NCBI GenBank assembly: GCA_040954595.2
Contig: CM082578.2
Location: 10,091,519 to 10,155,518, forward strand
Direction of reading: 5' to 3'
DNA: 64,000 nucleotides
DNA from: Balanoglossus misakiensis
Lineage: Eukaryota > Animalia > Hemichordata
The notes beneath the pieces were generated by a model, which made no database searches, was not told the DNA's origin, and was given only the letters and a program-made list of their open reading frames with translations. The number at the start of each line of letters is the position of its first letter. The stretch's first letter is position 1. Position numbers and translations under genes: made by a program. Positions 40,017-53,000 of the stretch are shown piece by piece.

Positions 40017-40890
40017 TCAGTGTTCTAGAGTATATTTAAAATAATTTTTCATTTTTTCAATTTGACTTGTACAGCAGGGTTTGTATGCTCTGGTAAGGTC
40101 CAGGAGTTTCAGATCAAGAAATGATTCAGCCATCTTAAGGATGACCTACTAATGCGAAAGGAAAGTGCCATTTTCGACCAGTCACCTATAGGTATCCTGT
40201 TAAAACCTGGTAAGGTGACTGAGTGCGAGTGTACGAACCCCTGTGTACATTGTATATATACTTAGCATTAAACACCTCCATTTACAATCCAGAACAATCT
40301 TTTCAGATGAATGCTTGACCGGTTGTGGAGTGACAATGGCTTGACAGTAATCTGCAGGGTTTAAACATACACCCCAGACTGGTTTAAACAATGTGCAATG
40401 TGACTGATGCAACAGGACACACAAAATGTACCTTTTGCAGGAAAGATAAATCTTGGCACTGTTTCAATTTGGGGACAATCATTTTTGTCTTTATTGTACA
40501 TTTTCCGGGGGCGTCATTGTGGACTGGATGACAAACAGAATGCACTGTATTCGCCGCTGTTGTGAAGCATGGATGGGATGCATACTTCTCCACACACTTC
40601 TGAGAACAACTGGTCTTCTTTAAACTAATCTTCATGATACTGGAGATCAAATCAGAAAGTCTGACGTACGAACAAGAAATTATTATATATTCTAATTCTG
40701 ATCGAGAATTCAAATATTAAATTTACAAGACTATTGATAATACCGGTAATTATTGTACATTTTGAAATCGTACAGTTTGGCAAGTTCTAGCAATAAAGTC
40801 TTCTGACCTTTCTGTCATCAGCCGGTGTGAAGTTATGATTTCACGGATCGACAATGGACGCAGAGACAAGTTGGTGTTTTAAAAATATGC

Positions 40891-40896
40891 TTTATT
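40891..40896 (-). terminator. Candidate poly(A) signal for INTS13
   Basis: TTTATT ~315 nt past the INTS13 stop codon. Confidence 0.5.
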
Positions 40897-41210
40897 CTTT
40901 AATAAACAGCATTGCAAATGTGATTATTTGCAGTGAAAGTGAAATCTTACATAATGCACGGTATATAAATTCAGCAACTAGAATTATGCTGGCTTCAATT
41001 ATTTTTTTCTAAGAAATAGGATACATCCCTGTGACTGATGTATTATTCAGCTTGGAAAGTCTTTAAAACATGGCAAATTATTGAGTTTCATGATTTTCTT
41101 CTTTGAGCATGAACATTTCTTTTAATACCGGTAACATATCAAAGGGAATTCAGAAAATGGCTGTCAGTTGAGAAAAGATACAAATATGTACAAAATGTCA
41201 TCTCCACATC

Positions 41211-44200
41211 TCAAGTTTTGCCGTTACCATTGACAGGAGACCTGTGCAAGAAAAAAAAGTGAAATGTTCAAGAAGTCATTTAAAAAATGAAATCATAATA
41301 TTTTTCCAGTATGAATCATATCAATAGTCTTAACTAAGCATTGATAAAAGACAATTTGCAAAACTTCAACTTTACTTACCCTTCTGTATCGGCATTGAGC
41401 TGAGGATAGAGTTCTGCAATGTTACCAGATGATGCTTGTCGACCTGCAAACTCAGGATGTTTCTTGGAATAAATGCTGTTCAGTTTATTGTTCCACAACG
41501 CGAGAAATGATTTGGGTCCACCTGTAAATGGTAAAAAATATACTCTCAAGTTGATTTGGGGTTTTTTTTATCAATCAATCCATTGCATTTATTATAAATA
41601 CATAAATACACCAGTTCGGTTGTATTGCTATCATCCAAATGAGTTTTCGAATTACTTTACCTTTTTGTTTTTCTCCAGTCGACATTTTCTGTTTCTTTAT
41701 CGTCGGTTCAGGTGAGATGGGACTGTCGTACTTCATGTGGTCGTTGTTTGTGTCACTGAGATTGTAATCTCTCTTCTCCCGCTCTGTCATTCCTTTGTAA
41801 CTGGTGGGTTCAAATCAGAAAAAAACATTAGGAGTTCAATTTGACACATTATCCTGGATGGCAAATAACATAATCTGATTCGCTGTTGAGGTGAGTTCAC
41901 CAGGTGTTCAAAACCCTTACCTGTCCAATGCCTGCCAGGCTTGCTCTGTTTCCGACGACGAAGTCTTGTCCGAGCTATCCTCCTTGGCGGCCTCTATGGC
42001 CGCCGCTTTCCTCTTGGACGTCTTGGGATTTTCTTCCGAGGGTTTCCTGCAGTCCAGCAGACAATCCAGCACTTGTTCGTGGGCTGGGGAGAGGTCACTG
42101 CATGCACGGACCACCGTCTCAAGTTCAGACCACATCTGGCGATACTGTTCCTCCCTGTCAAAGCAAAAGTGTTCAGAATGTTGACAACGACTTTGGCTCC
42201 GGTGGAAGAGTTAAAAGACAAACCAACATTTCGGCTGGAATATTGTCTACCTTTTGGGCCCTTTTCCTCTTGTTCCCATGGCAGGTACGGGTAAAGCCTC
42301 ACTCCTGCTTTCCATTCCAACAAGATGATAGATGGCCTTCTTACATTCCAACACATCGTCCTCATCCAAGTGCTCTTTTGTGATCAGAGATGGCAGTGGA
42401 TCAACATGCTGTCAGAAAAGAAGCAATGCCACTTCAGATAATGTCATGTCAGAAAATCTCCTTCAAACTGTCCTCTTTGGGCAGGAATGTACATTAAAAA
42501 AAATTCCCATGTTGGTTATGCTGAACACCAAGTGTGATTATGATAGTCAATTATAGTGGTACTTACTGAAAGCATGTTGAAGATGATGGTGTTGCTGATG
42601 ACCATCGGCCAGTGCCTGGACTGGCGTTCCAGCTGTGCCTTCTCTGTGTGCAGGGGAGGTGAAAAAAATTTAAATGCAAAATAATGAGAAGAGAGTCCCA
42701 AAAGACCTCAAGGGTGCATAATAATGCAAAACACATTCACACTGTCAATGCATCTGGTCAATTCTCAAGCAATCATGTCACAAACCTCTGTTAATGGGGC
42801 TATCTTCAGTATCATCCATGCTGGCTTCTTTTGGAGCCACGCGGTTCTCTCTCATAAATTCACCAAAATCCTGAAATCAAAACAAGTCACGTGTTTATTC
42901 ACAACATTGTATTCTTGGATTGTAGGCACCAGGTGAATTTTTAAGCTCTGTAGTTGATGTTGAAATTCGATTTATTTCAAGGAGAGTTAGTGTACTGTTA
43001 AGTATACCAATAGCGAAACCTCACACACACACACAACCACAAACTTACCGTAATTCTGTAGTCAGTGACTCTACCGCCACACCCTTCACTGATGGACGGC
43101 GGGTCTTCCAAAGTCGACCGATTGACCGAAATACAGTGAATGAAGATTTCGCCCCCGTGGCTGGTCAGCATGTGAGAGATGACCTTTGCCCCCGTCTTCC
43201 TGGGCTGCTCCAGCATCACCTGTCTGCCGTTCAGGAGGAAGTTGGTCAGGCAGGACGATGGCCTGCTGATCACCTGCAACAGGTTTCGGAGGAAAGGAGG
43301 AATGAAACAAAGGTATCTAGTTGACAAATAACAGGGGGCGCTGTTGTCCGTGTGAGGCCTTGGCACCAGAACCAACAGAAAGTCCCCTATTCTGGGGCAA
43401 AGACGAAACAAATGAGGCAGAATCTGCTGAAGGAGAATTTATAAAAGCTGATATGAATACTTACATCTACTGGAGTCACTCTGCATGCTCCAATACAGTG
43501 CTGCAGTTCTTTGGAAGGAAAAAAATTGTGAGATTCGTGAATTTGCCATAAACTTATGTTGACCATAAGATACCGCAGTAAACAGCTACTCGTTGACTGA
43601 GTTTACATGTATCCCCGGCTTTGTGATGTTTTTGTTTTTGTTTGCCTAAACAGGTGTTTATGATGTGCCCAGCTTGTAAAACGTCACTGCTTTTTGTAAT
43701 ACTAATATTTTAAGTAGAGTTTGATGAACCACACATAGTAGAGAGTGAATGTATTCTTCAGTAGTCAAAAACCAAGTAACAGACAGCTTCAATCTGTTCA
43801 GACTGGTTGTGTGCTCAGAGGTGTAAAACCTACCTATAGTGCTAGATCTTGGAGTACACCATTTCAGTGTCAACCCAGAGGTGGGATCACTTCCCGGTGT
43901 TATGCCGGCAAGCTTATCAAAGTGAGCCGACCGATGATGAAGTAACTCCACGTCATAGTTAGCCGAACTACTGGCATTTTGCTCTTCCTGCAAAAAGCAC
44001 ACAGACACACAACAAAGTGATTCTCAAAACTTGATGAAAAAGAGCCCAAGATATTCTCTGCCTGTGAGAGGGCACACTGCTGATCTGAAAACAACACTGC
44101 CACAAACAATACCTTCATGGGTATCCCGGTAATGGTGGTGCTGGAGAGGTCAAAGTGCACCTGTACGACCTGTGCCAGTCGCTGTGCCAGGTACCTGCCA

Positions 44201-45689
44201 GATCGGCTGACGGTGATGAAACTGCTGAGGACGCTGGAGACTGTGTGCTTCTCTTCCGTGATGGGTGCGTCCACACCCAGCGGCATTGTGTGAATCAGGT
44301 AGAACTCGCAGCAGTTGATAGGCATCAAACTGTGCAGCAGCATCAAAAGGAAAAAATAATTGATAGGTGTACACAAACTCGAGAACATACATATGAAATA
44401 TATCACGTTTTCTCAGAATTTAGCAGACAGGGGTCATCGAAATTTGTTGTGACTGTGTGCAGAATAATAATGAGATACATTTTCCTTGTCTTACCTGTCT
44501 GAGCCAGCTGCCAACTTGTTGTTTTGTGTTATTGCATCTTGGACCCACTCCTCCAGCATTTTAACATGGCTGTTGCTGATAAAATATAAACACATAAACA
44601 TTCAGTTCTTTTTCCTCTTTTGCAATGTTAAAAATTTACTGATATTGTAAAGACAAGAGAGAATGAACGGCTGTCTTACCTTTTCACAGACGTCACACAC
44701 ACAATGCGTCCCCGGTTCATGATTCTGCTGCTGTCCTCCATCATCGACGTTCTGACCTCGTGTTGCTTCTCGGTGCATTCGCACAGCACCTCCACAGCCG
44801 ACGCCAGGCCGTGCATGATGCTGCACTCTGAGCTGTCCTCATTCTCGCTGGGTGGCCCAAGCCTTGCAAGAGACTGTGTGATCTGAAACATAATGTTACA
44901 CCATCCATCACATGATAATTAGTTATAACACTTATCTTAATTCAGCAACAGGCCCAACATCAGTTCCATGCATTTCCACACCCACCCCCTTCAATTTTAA
45001 TTTTAGGTAGTGACCAGTTTCGATTTTACACATGCTTATTAAACACTGAAAAATTGGCTGAATATACAATGCCTTACATGTGAAAGGATCTGCTCATCAG
45101 TCTGCCACGAATTCAAAATATGTGCTTCAGTGTCACTGGCAATGAATCTGATCTGTGAAAGAAACAGTAAAAGAAAAAAATTATTACAGATTGTTGCTCC
45201 ACCATTTGTACATATATTGCAAAATCCTCCTCCTCCTCATCATCATCATCATCGTTGTCATCGTCATCATCATCACTACCACAGTTATTCGTGTGTTGGG
45301 GAGGAGGTAGTATATACAGGTTTCATGCACCATTAGCTATTGGTGGGGGAGATCTGCATAGACTACCCCCCCCCCCCACCCCACCCCACCCATGATAGTC
45401 ATATACCCAAAAAGGATCTACCAAAATTATCATGTTATGCATTTAGCACAAGTACAGTACTCACCAGTTTACCCGTGGGAAATACGTCGAATACAATCCT
45501 ACAGTACTCCAGCACTGCCTCTATCGCACACGTCCACAACGACTTGGCTATAGGGGCCAACGGAATAACTCCTGTAGTACCTCTTGACTTGGTGAAGATA
45601 TCAAAATCTACATTTTGTCTGCACGACTCTGCAAACTCTGGACTGTGGTCCAGCACAAAAACCGTCTTGTGGTCCATAGGGAAAGTCAT
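41211..45689 (-). CDS. INTS13: Integrator complex subunit 13 (Asunder); 15 coding exons, 696 aa
   Basis: Exons (minus): 45689-45465, 45152-45078, 44882-44680, 44575-44495, 44329-44113, 43987-43834, 43508-43465, 43273-43049, 42870-42786, 42643-42567, 42408-42251, 42154-41921, 41800-41661, 41521-41380, 41241-41211. All GT-AG, total 2091 nt. Hallmark peptides: [133 protein letters not shown]. Probable 84-nt 5'UTR intron at 45712-45795. Confidence 0.96.
45225..45281. repeat. Compound (CCT)n(CAT)n microsatellite in INTS13 intron
   Basis: TCCTCCTCCTCCTCATCATCATCATCATCGTTGTCATCGTCATCATCATCAC. Confidence 0.85.
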
Positions 45690-45899
45690 CTTTCAATGTC
45701 CAATGGCTGGTCTGTTGATGAGAAAATGCCGTATCACCAGAAATAACCTCTACTGCATAAAATTGAGGGAGGGGATTAAAACTTGGGAAGCATACTGCAG
45801 GTCGAGAGTCCCACAAGGTTCCCTGGACTGGAGGCTGTACTTGCAGACCAAAGTGATTTTCTTGACCAAGATCTATACGAAGCTGTACTCGATAGCCCG

Positions 45900-46099
45900 A
45901 ACAATGACTCCGTGATTCACGCAAGTTGTATTGTGTTTGCATATGCAATACCAACGACAAAAACTGCATGCGCACATATGATCAGCCAGTTAAAATGGCA
46001 GTCTTAGGGCGCCGCCATCTTGGTCAAAGGAAATATATCCCGTCGTTGGCGGCGTACATTTGACTCCATGGAAACGAGGTCATAATCAAAATAATAAAG
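45900..46099. promoter_or_regulatory. Compact bidirectional promoter INTS13/EFCAB10
   Basis: Start codons are ~410 bp apart on opposite strands. Motifs: NRF1-like TGCATGCGCA 45965-45974, YY1 consensus GCCGCCATCTTG 46011-46022, X-box-like GACTCCATGGAAAC 46062-46075 just upstream of the EFCAB10 ATG. Confidence 0.75.
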
Positions 46100-47064
46100 A
46101 TGGAGTCGCCGAGAATGGACGAGTCTCGTGAATACCTAGAAAAACACAGAATTGTTGAACTTTTTAACAACTTAACATCTCAATTAGTTTTCAACAGGCC
46201 AGGTAAGCTGTCCAGATAATCCGAAAATCTAAACGATCGCCGTGTATATGACCCAACAGGCGACTGTGCTCAGAGTTACTTACTGATGACAGTCAGTAGA
46301 GCTCTAACATGTCTCTGTTCTATTATTAGAAAATCCAAAGGAGTTTATGATTGAAGTGATTGAACGACTGAAAGAAGCGAGAACAACACAGCTTGATTAC
46401 CCATGTCTCTTTGATGATACTAATGTAACATCCGTGTTTGGAATGTTGGACCCAACCAAGAAGGGTTTTATAACACTGGCACAGTACAAAGAAGGTAAGT
46501 AATTTCTGTCCCAAAAGCAAGTAATCCCAATTTTGCTGTGCTTCATCTTGACCTGAAACCAGCTTGTCCCAATGGCAAGTATCAATTTGTCCCAAAATAT
46601 GGCATGCCACTATTTTGCCTTACACTATTTTCATTTCACATTTCGATGTTATGTTGTTATGTATACCATACCCGCTCCGAAACACAGAAAACTTACAATT
46701 ATTACAATTCGCATTTTCAGCCATGGCAACAATAGGGGTGGCAGGCTTTGATGAATATCCAAACGGTGCAGAAGCAGACAAAATCACACAGGAGACGTTT
46801 ATCAGAGAGGCGTAAGTACAAATCAAGCGTTTTCACTACAGTTTTCCACTCCTTTGAAGACTTGATGTGCACAGAAACTGTTCCAAAGATCAACAAATCA
46901 GTTAGCCAAATTGATTGGTCCAGACAATGCTTTGCATGTGCTACCTTAATAGATACATTTTTAAGAATGCATATAGCTATATTTATTTATTTATCTATTT
47001 TTGTTCTTAATGCAGGCGACATGGTCTGAGAAAAGCATCTGCCACCTTTATGCCAATACCCTGA
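46100..47064 (+). CDS. EFCAB10: EF-hand calcium-binding domain-containing protein 10; 4 exons, 135 aa
   Basis: Exons 46100-46202, 46330-46494, 46721-46811, 47016-47064 (408 nt, GT-AG). Translation MESPRMDESREYLEKHRIVELFNNLTSQLVFNRPENPKEFMIEVIERLK...LFDDTNVTSVFGMLDPTKKGFITLAQYKEAMATIG...DKITQETFIREA gives an RIIa/Dpy-30-like dimerisation-docking N-terminus plus EF-hand, matching EFCAB10. Largely missed by the ORF track because the exons are short. Confidence 0.9.
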
Positions 47065-47579
47065 ATCTGGATGGTGATACTTGCATTTCATAAATATTTA
47101 TTGGAAGTTTTATTCCATCAAACTTCATCTCACTCCTGTGGCACTAGAATTTCATCATTCCCAATACCATTCAGCCCAAAACAAAATCCTGCTCCATTTT
47201 TTATTTGTACAGTCTGATAAAAAAATAACTTAGCTGTCAGCTTACATGGCCTGACTGACCAACAGTTAGTTACATTGCAAAATGTTTCACGCAAAGTTGT
47301 GCCATGTAGCAAGAACAATATTGCCAACAGGTAAAATTTGATGAACAGTAATAAGAAATGTACACAGGATTTATTTCGAAGACACAAGACATGTTTAGCC
47401 TGTTTGCCAGGCTTTAGGTTTGAAACCAGATCCTTTGAAGAATTTTCATGAATTTAAATTGATCCAGATGAAAAGATTTTTGTGACTTTTATTGGTTAGA
47501 CAGAGAAAGAGAGAGAGCTATGGATTGGTGACAAACTGTTTTATTGTACATAGCAGCATATGTCTTTTCACTTTTGTGT

Positions 47580-47585
47580 AATAAA
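47580..47585 (+). terminator. Candidate poly(A) signal for EFCAB10
   Basis: AATAAA followed by T/GT-rich downstream sequence (TTTTTCACTTCAGTTTTTACTTTTGTGTCC). Confidence 0.55.
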
Positions 47586-48899
47586 TTGAATTTTTCACTT
47601 CAGTTTTTACTTTTGTGTCCTTGACTTTGTTAGTTCCACACACACACAATTACTAGATTCCATAACCAGATATACTGCTTCCTAGAATGACTCCCAGCTG
47701 TGGGTGTTGTCCAGGGTTATCATTCCCAAAGTGGCTTTATAAAATTACTGACTGGCATTTTATATTTTTCTGAGTGAGGGACCTCTCACAAAAACCATTT
47801 CCAATACACAGGAGAATCCAGTAATTGCATGGCTATGACTTGAATTTAATCGTTCTCCTTGACCGTTTTTCTCCCAAGTTTCATGAAATGGGTTTCTGGG
47901 TTAGAGTATACCTCTGAAAACTGTGTCACGTCACGTCTTCGAGGTGAAACGGTTAATGATACCTGGCTCACCCCTGCCAGACAATGGTATGGACTTGTGA
48001 GGGTTCATCAGGTTGATAGCCTACTTGGTTTTCCTTCGACAACAGAAGAAAATATGTTTGCTTCATGCTGCGAAGCAATTATCAATTTTGGCTTCATTGC
48101 TGATTCTGCCCCTATGGTGGCATTTGTGACAAAAAAGTATCATTTGAAGCTTTTATCCTTTTAATCCCTATACAATTGAATGCCAATCCTACATTATGAT
48201 TGAAAGAGGAAATGTTTCATAAAGCAGACCTTTTTAGCCTAGATAAGAGATACGTCAGAGACGCAGACAAACATTTAAGGTTCAATGCCCGGTCAACGTA
48301 GATTGTATGGAGCATCTATGTTGACCTGTTCCGAGAGTGCAAAGTGTAACTGACCAATCACAAGTGCTGTGTTCTATCTGTATCAGATGTGCAGAAGGTA
48401 ACTGATCAATTGTAATTGTAAGGGTCTAAACTTATAAGCTAAAATTTGGGGAAAAGTGTAGTCTATGTCAGTATTAAATCTAGTCTGGGGCAGATACTCG
48501 ATCAGAACATTTGATTACTGTAATGCAAATCATAGAAACAAAGGAACCGTTTCTGAAAAGATGTATACTTGAACAAATTTAATTATTCATCTTTTTTGTT
48601 TCTGTTTGGTGCCGAAATCAGTGATCAGTCGTTCAATACTTTTTCCTATCCTACTATTCTGGCAACACGTCCCGAGTTATGCAGCGCCCTCTTTTAAGGA
48701 CTAAAATCGCCTTTTGTTTCTCTCGAGCATCTGACTACATAATTATCTAAGCTAAGCAAATGTCGGGGATGCAATAAACTGGATGAGATAACAACACAAT
48801 AAAATGTGTTTTTAGGTTTTCCTTTTTTTTAGAATTCGCGTTAATGATAGCTTACTTTATCACGTCATCAATCCACTGAATAAATAAAGGTTGGAATCA

Positions 48900-50050
48900 T
48901 GAAAGAACTGGACCATCACATAATTACTATGTTTACGTTTTTTCACGCGAATCGTTACTGTAGTATTGAGTTTTAAAGCCACTTGTTTTCTCCCCCACGC
49001 TGTTTTCTCCCACATAGCTAAATGCGTGGTCTCTTTACGTATTTGTTAAGACAGGAAAAACACGAGAAGGTGATCTGTTATTCTTGGTTTGTCTGCGACT
49101 GCGTAGGAGGCTGCACCCATTTTTTTTTTCCAGAGTTGTCACGTGACCAGATGCTACACTAGAAGTAAATATGGCGGTGACAAACCACACGAACCCAGTA
49201 GCAATGTCTGGTCACTTGACTGTCAACAGCGATCATTCTACTACGTTCAATCCACATGGGATGATCGAAGACGAGGTAACGTTCACTATTTTAATGTGCA
49301 AATTTTGGGGCTCTATTGCCGTTTTGATGTTTTTTTAACCATCAGTTGTGCATCTCATAAAAAAATCGTCAGATCCCAGTTTCTCTCGTACATGCGAGAC
49401 GCATTGCATTTGCTATGGCGAGACAAGAGGACACCGGCATTGTCTTCGTCGACTTGAGTCGAGTTGAGGTCACACTCCCAATTTCCTAAATTTCATCTTT
49501 TTGCGATTCCGGTTTTACATTTTGATCTGTCAAAGGAGGTGTCAACGCCCCGCATAACCGTATATCCGCAGTTTTGGCGTTGAAATATACAACGAAATGT
49601 ACACCGGCTATTTTGCACTGCATCGCGTTAAATTAAATTTATTCTTCCGGGTTCCATAAAAAACCTAGATTCACCTACCAGCGGTGTCTTTTGTTTAAAT
49701 GCTACGGAGTGGACGGGTCTTCTTTTGTTCGATTGCGAGTATTCCGATTTAAATTTTGAAAAATATGTTTTGCAAAATTGCGTAATGTTTATCTGTTGCT
49801 ACAGTGGCATAATAACGTGCAACACATTATCTAGCCACTTGTTGCCTAACCTGGTCAGTCGTTGCGAAATTTTCCATCATTTATATATCACGAGAAGGGT
49901 GACATTTCAGGGGCTTCCCCGTATCTCGGGATGCCCGTGTACACCTTGATGTAATTTGCGTACCCCGACTTTTGTTGCGTGTACTTGTTACCTGTATGTA
50001 TGTGTACGTGTCGATGGTCGATGTTCATGATTGTTGACACTTGACTGCCA
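48900..50050. promoter_or_regulatory. CpG-rich island, probable promoter/first exon of an unidentified gene extending to the right
   Basis: Marked local CpG enrichment followed by CpG-poor intron-like sequence. Palindromic E-box GTCACGTGAC 49138-49147, YY1-like AATATGGCGG ~49168-49177, candidate donor CTG|GTCAGT at 49853. Confidence 0.5.
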
Positions 50051-53000
50051 CATCATGTTATTGAAGTGCAGACCAGTCCGCTTCTTAACGTGCTGGAATG
50101 TCCCTTTAATACCCCTGCTTCTTCAAGACTACAAACCCTAGCAGCCATTGCCATGAGGATTTCAGGCCAACACAACATGTTTGGAGTAGATGCAACCAGT
50201 GCTAGGTAGCTATTGCCCAGTACAATCAGTGCAAGGATGAACTGGTTACCAATAATAGACTTTACCATTGTTTTGAAAAGAATCGTGCCCAAGTATCTCG
50301 AAGTTCACTGCCCATGCCACTTCAACAGAGAATTCAAGAGGATCCTGCCATCATGCCTCTGTCCACACGGAATGTTATGAGTGTGCTATTATGCCTGACA
50401 CCATGATTGAGTTTGTACAAAATCTTGAGTGCTGATCTTTAAAAAAGGGGAACCTCCAGCATCATTTTTACTTCAGCATTTTGTTGATTCCAGTTTTATC
50501 AGCCACATCACAGGCTGGTGCGTAAATGACGATACTGTCTTGACAACTAGGGCGCTGACCCTCAAGTCTTACTCATGTTGAGTAATGCTGTCCAAATATT
50601 GGCATTTGTCCAGTTCTGTGAATTTGACAGCATCCCTTTGTCGCAGAAAGAATAAATCAGAATTCTCACTGTGTAGCTACCCCAGCCTGTTTCCCGTCAT
50701 TTTTTACTGTCTGTCACACCAGGACCCCTGTTTAATCAGGTTTATAATTATAATAATTATTTTGCAATGGTGCAACTTGCATCATTCGAACATCACCACA
50801 AGCCATCAGATAAACAGTGGGGATGGGTTTGCACTGCTGCATCTCACTGAAGTAGGTTGTTGTAGGAGAGTTCATTGTCATTTACACAAGCTTAATTGTG
50901 AGGAATGCACAGTCTTGTTCTTGTTGAACTCACTTCAGGGCCGATTACTTATTTCTTCCCCAGGGTTATACATGTATACCTCGACAAGGACATTGTTCTT
51001 TGATGGAAGCAGTGATCAGTGACACACCCCCCCCCCCCCACAAACACACACTGTTGACCTCACTTACAAGGCAAATAGTAGACACAGTCACAATGCCAGT
51101 GCTTTGGATGGGTTGGTAGAATATCCACCAGGTTTTCATCATTTTTGGGGTTAGAAATTTACTTAATTTGGAAGTTTTCAAATTTCTGTTCAAGTGGTAC
51201 ACACTAAATTTTTTGTAGGGAATGCTCAACTGAAGACAACATGTCCTCTACAGTTTGTTTGCCCTTTTTGATGTAGAAAATTACAGGCCAGTTATTTCTT
51301 GTGTGACCTGGGAATTTCTCGCTGAGAGGTGTTGCATCATGATTAGCTGATTTCGATTGAATGGGGATCATAGTGCAAAGTTTAGTCCGTGGAACTTTCC
51401 CAAACGTTAATGTTTCAGTTCTACATTTGTCATTGGTGGTGTGGATTGTCAGAGAAGACTGAAGGAAAAATCTGGATAATACAGTACAGTAATAAGATAA
51501 TACATTTTATATAATCTATTAGCCAAATCAATAAAAATATATCATGATGTGCAGACTGTACTGAAAATAACCATCCAGCAATTATCTTATCAAAAGGCAC
51601 TATGTGAATTACTGTACATCATGGCAGTCTGGCATTGTAATGTGCATCATTTCAATGCTTGTTACTTTCAAGGTCGTTCCAAGGTTATCATTGGTATGTG
51701 TTACATCAAGGGTAGTTTAGACAGCCTTGCTTCCTGCATTTCATTTGTTTAATGAAATTTAAATTTATATTATTATTGTTATTTTTAATGTGAGTTGCCT
51801 GTGTATGCACAATGAACGTTTTTTTTAAATACATGTTTCTAGTATTAAAAGCAGATTGCATATTTAGGTGTAAATTACCAGAACTGAGCAGACTGTGTGA
51901 TTTAGGCATGACAAGGTGGGAAAGGGTTCTTTCTTTTTTGTTTATCAACTTGAAATAGTGTTTACGTACATGTGTATGATGTATGCTTTCAAATCTGAAC
52001 CATCATCTATTGAACTGTACTAGCTGACATTATAATTTTCCCTGCTAGCGATACTGGTTGCTATTTATATCTCCGCGATGTATATTTCAAGCCGAGAAAG
52101 ACCACACAGTTCAAAAATATAGATTTTCACCATGTTTACATCAGGTGCAGGGTGTGTTTTCATCTGTACTCCCGATATAGATTCGTGTGCTCAAATTCGA
52201 TAACCCTGTTGTTTGGGCGTGAAGGGGTCTTGTTTTACCTTTGTGTGTGTGTTTTTTTTTTATCGCAACTTTATAAAGTCTCCCACGCGATCTGCTGCGG
52301 TACACTGGGGGATAAAACTGGATTTTTCAAACACGTAACATTTGTTTTGATTCTAACTCGGCAAGGCAAAATGGAGTGGGTGGTTGTAAGACAGCAGAGC
52401 TTTTGCTTGGGCGTATTGGAAAGAAAAAAAAAGACACCCACAGCTGAACGTCCTAATCACATCCTCATGTCTGCCGCTTTCATCGTTGGGGAGCCAACTG
52501 TCGGTAATTCATCATAATCAATCACGAATAACAAGATCAATCATGCAAGTCGGTTTGGAGTAGAAGAAAAAAATCGCGGTCATCTGTAGCCAGCATGGAA
52601 AGAAACGTCGCTTCAGAGAATAAAGATAACAGACATGCATAAGCACACCTGTCAGTCTTGTTTTAATCCCTGTCTCAGAATGTAAAAATAAGTTCACAAG
52701 TTGAAACTGAGGGCACATCGTGTACAGCTCAAAGTACTTTTCGTAGCAGACACGTGCTACACTAAACCAATCGTTGACTGATATCACTGGCATATCTGCA
52801 TGATTTTATTGAAGGTGTACATTGTAACCCTCAAGCTGGTATACTTGGAGTGTGCAAAAATACCTACAGAAGGTTGAACCGGTATAGGTACCCCACATGT
52901 CATACTAAGTACAATGTGTTATCACCAAGATCTTTGAAGATGATCTAGATGTACTAGGTATCTGCCCCACTATAAAAAAAATGTTGCCTCATTATACAAT

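Noticed and set aside
45340-45915. 191-aa plus-strand ORF
   Set aside because: Antisense to INTS13 first coding exon and UTR, non-ATG start, no recognisable domain.
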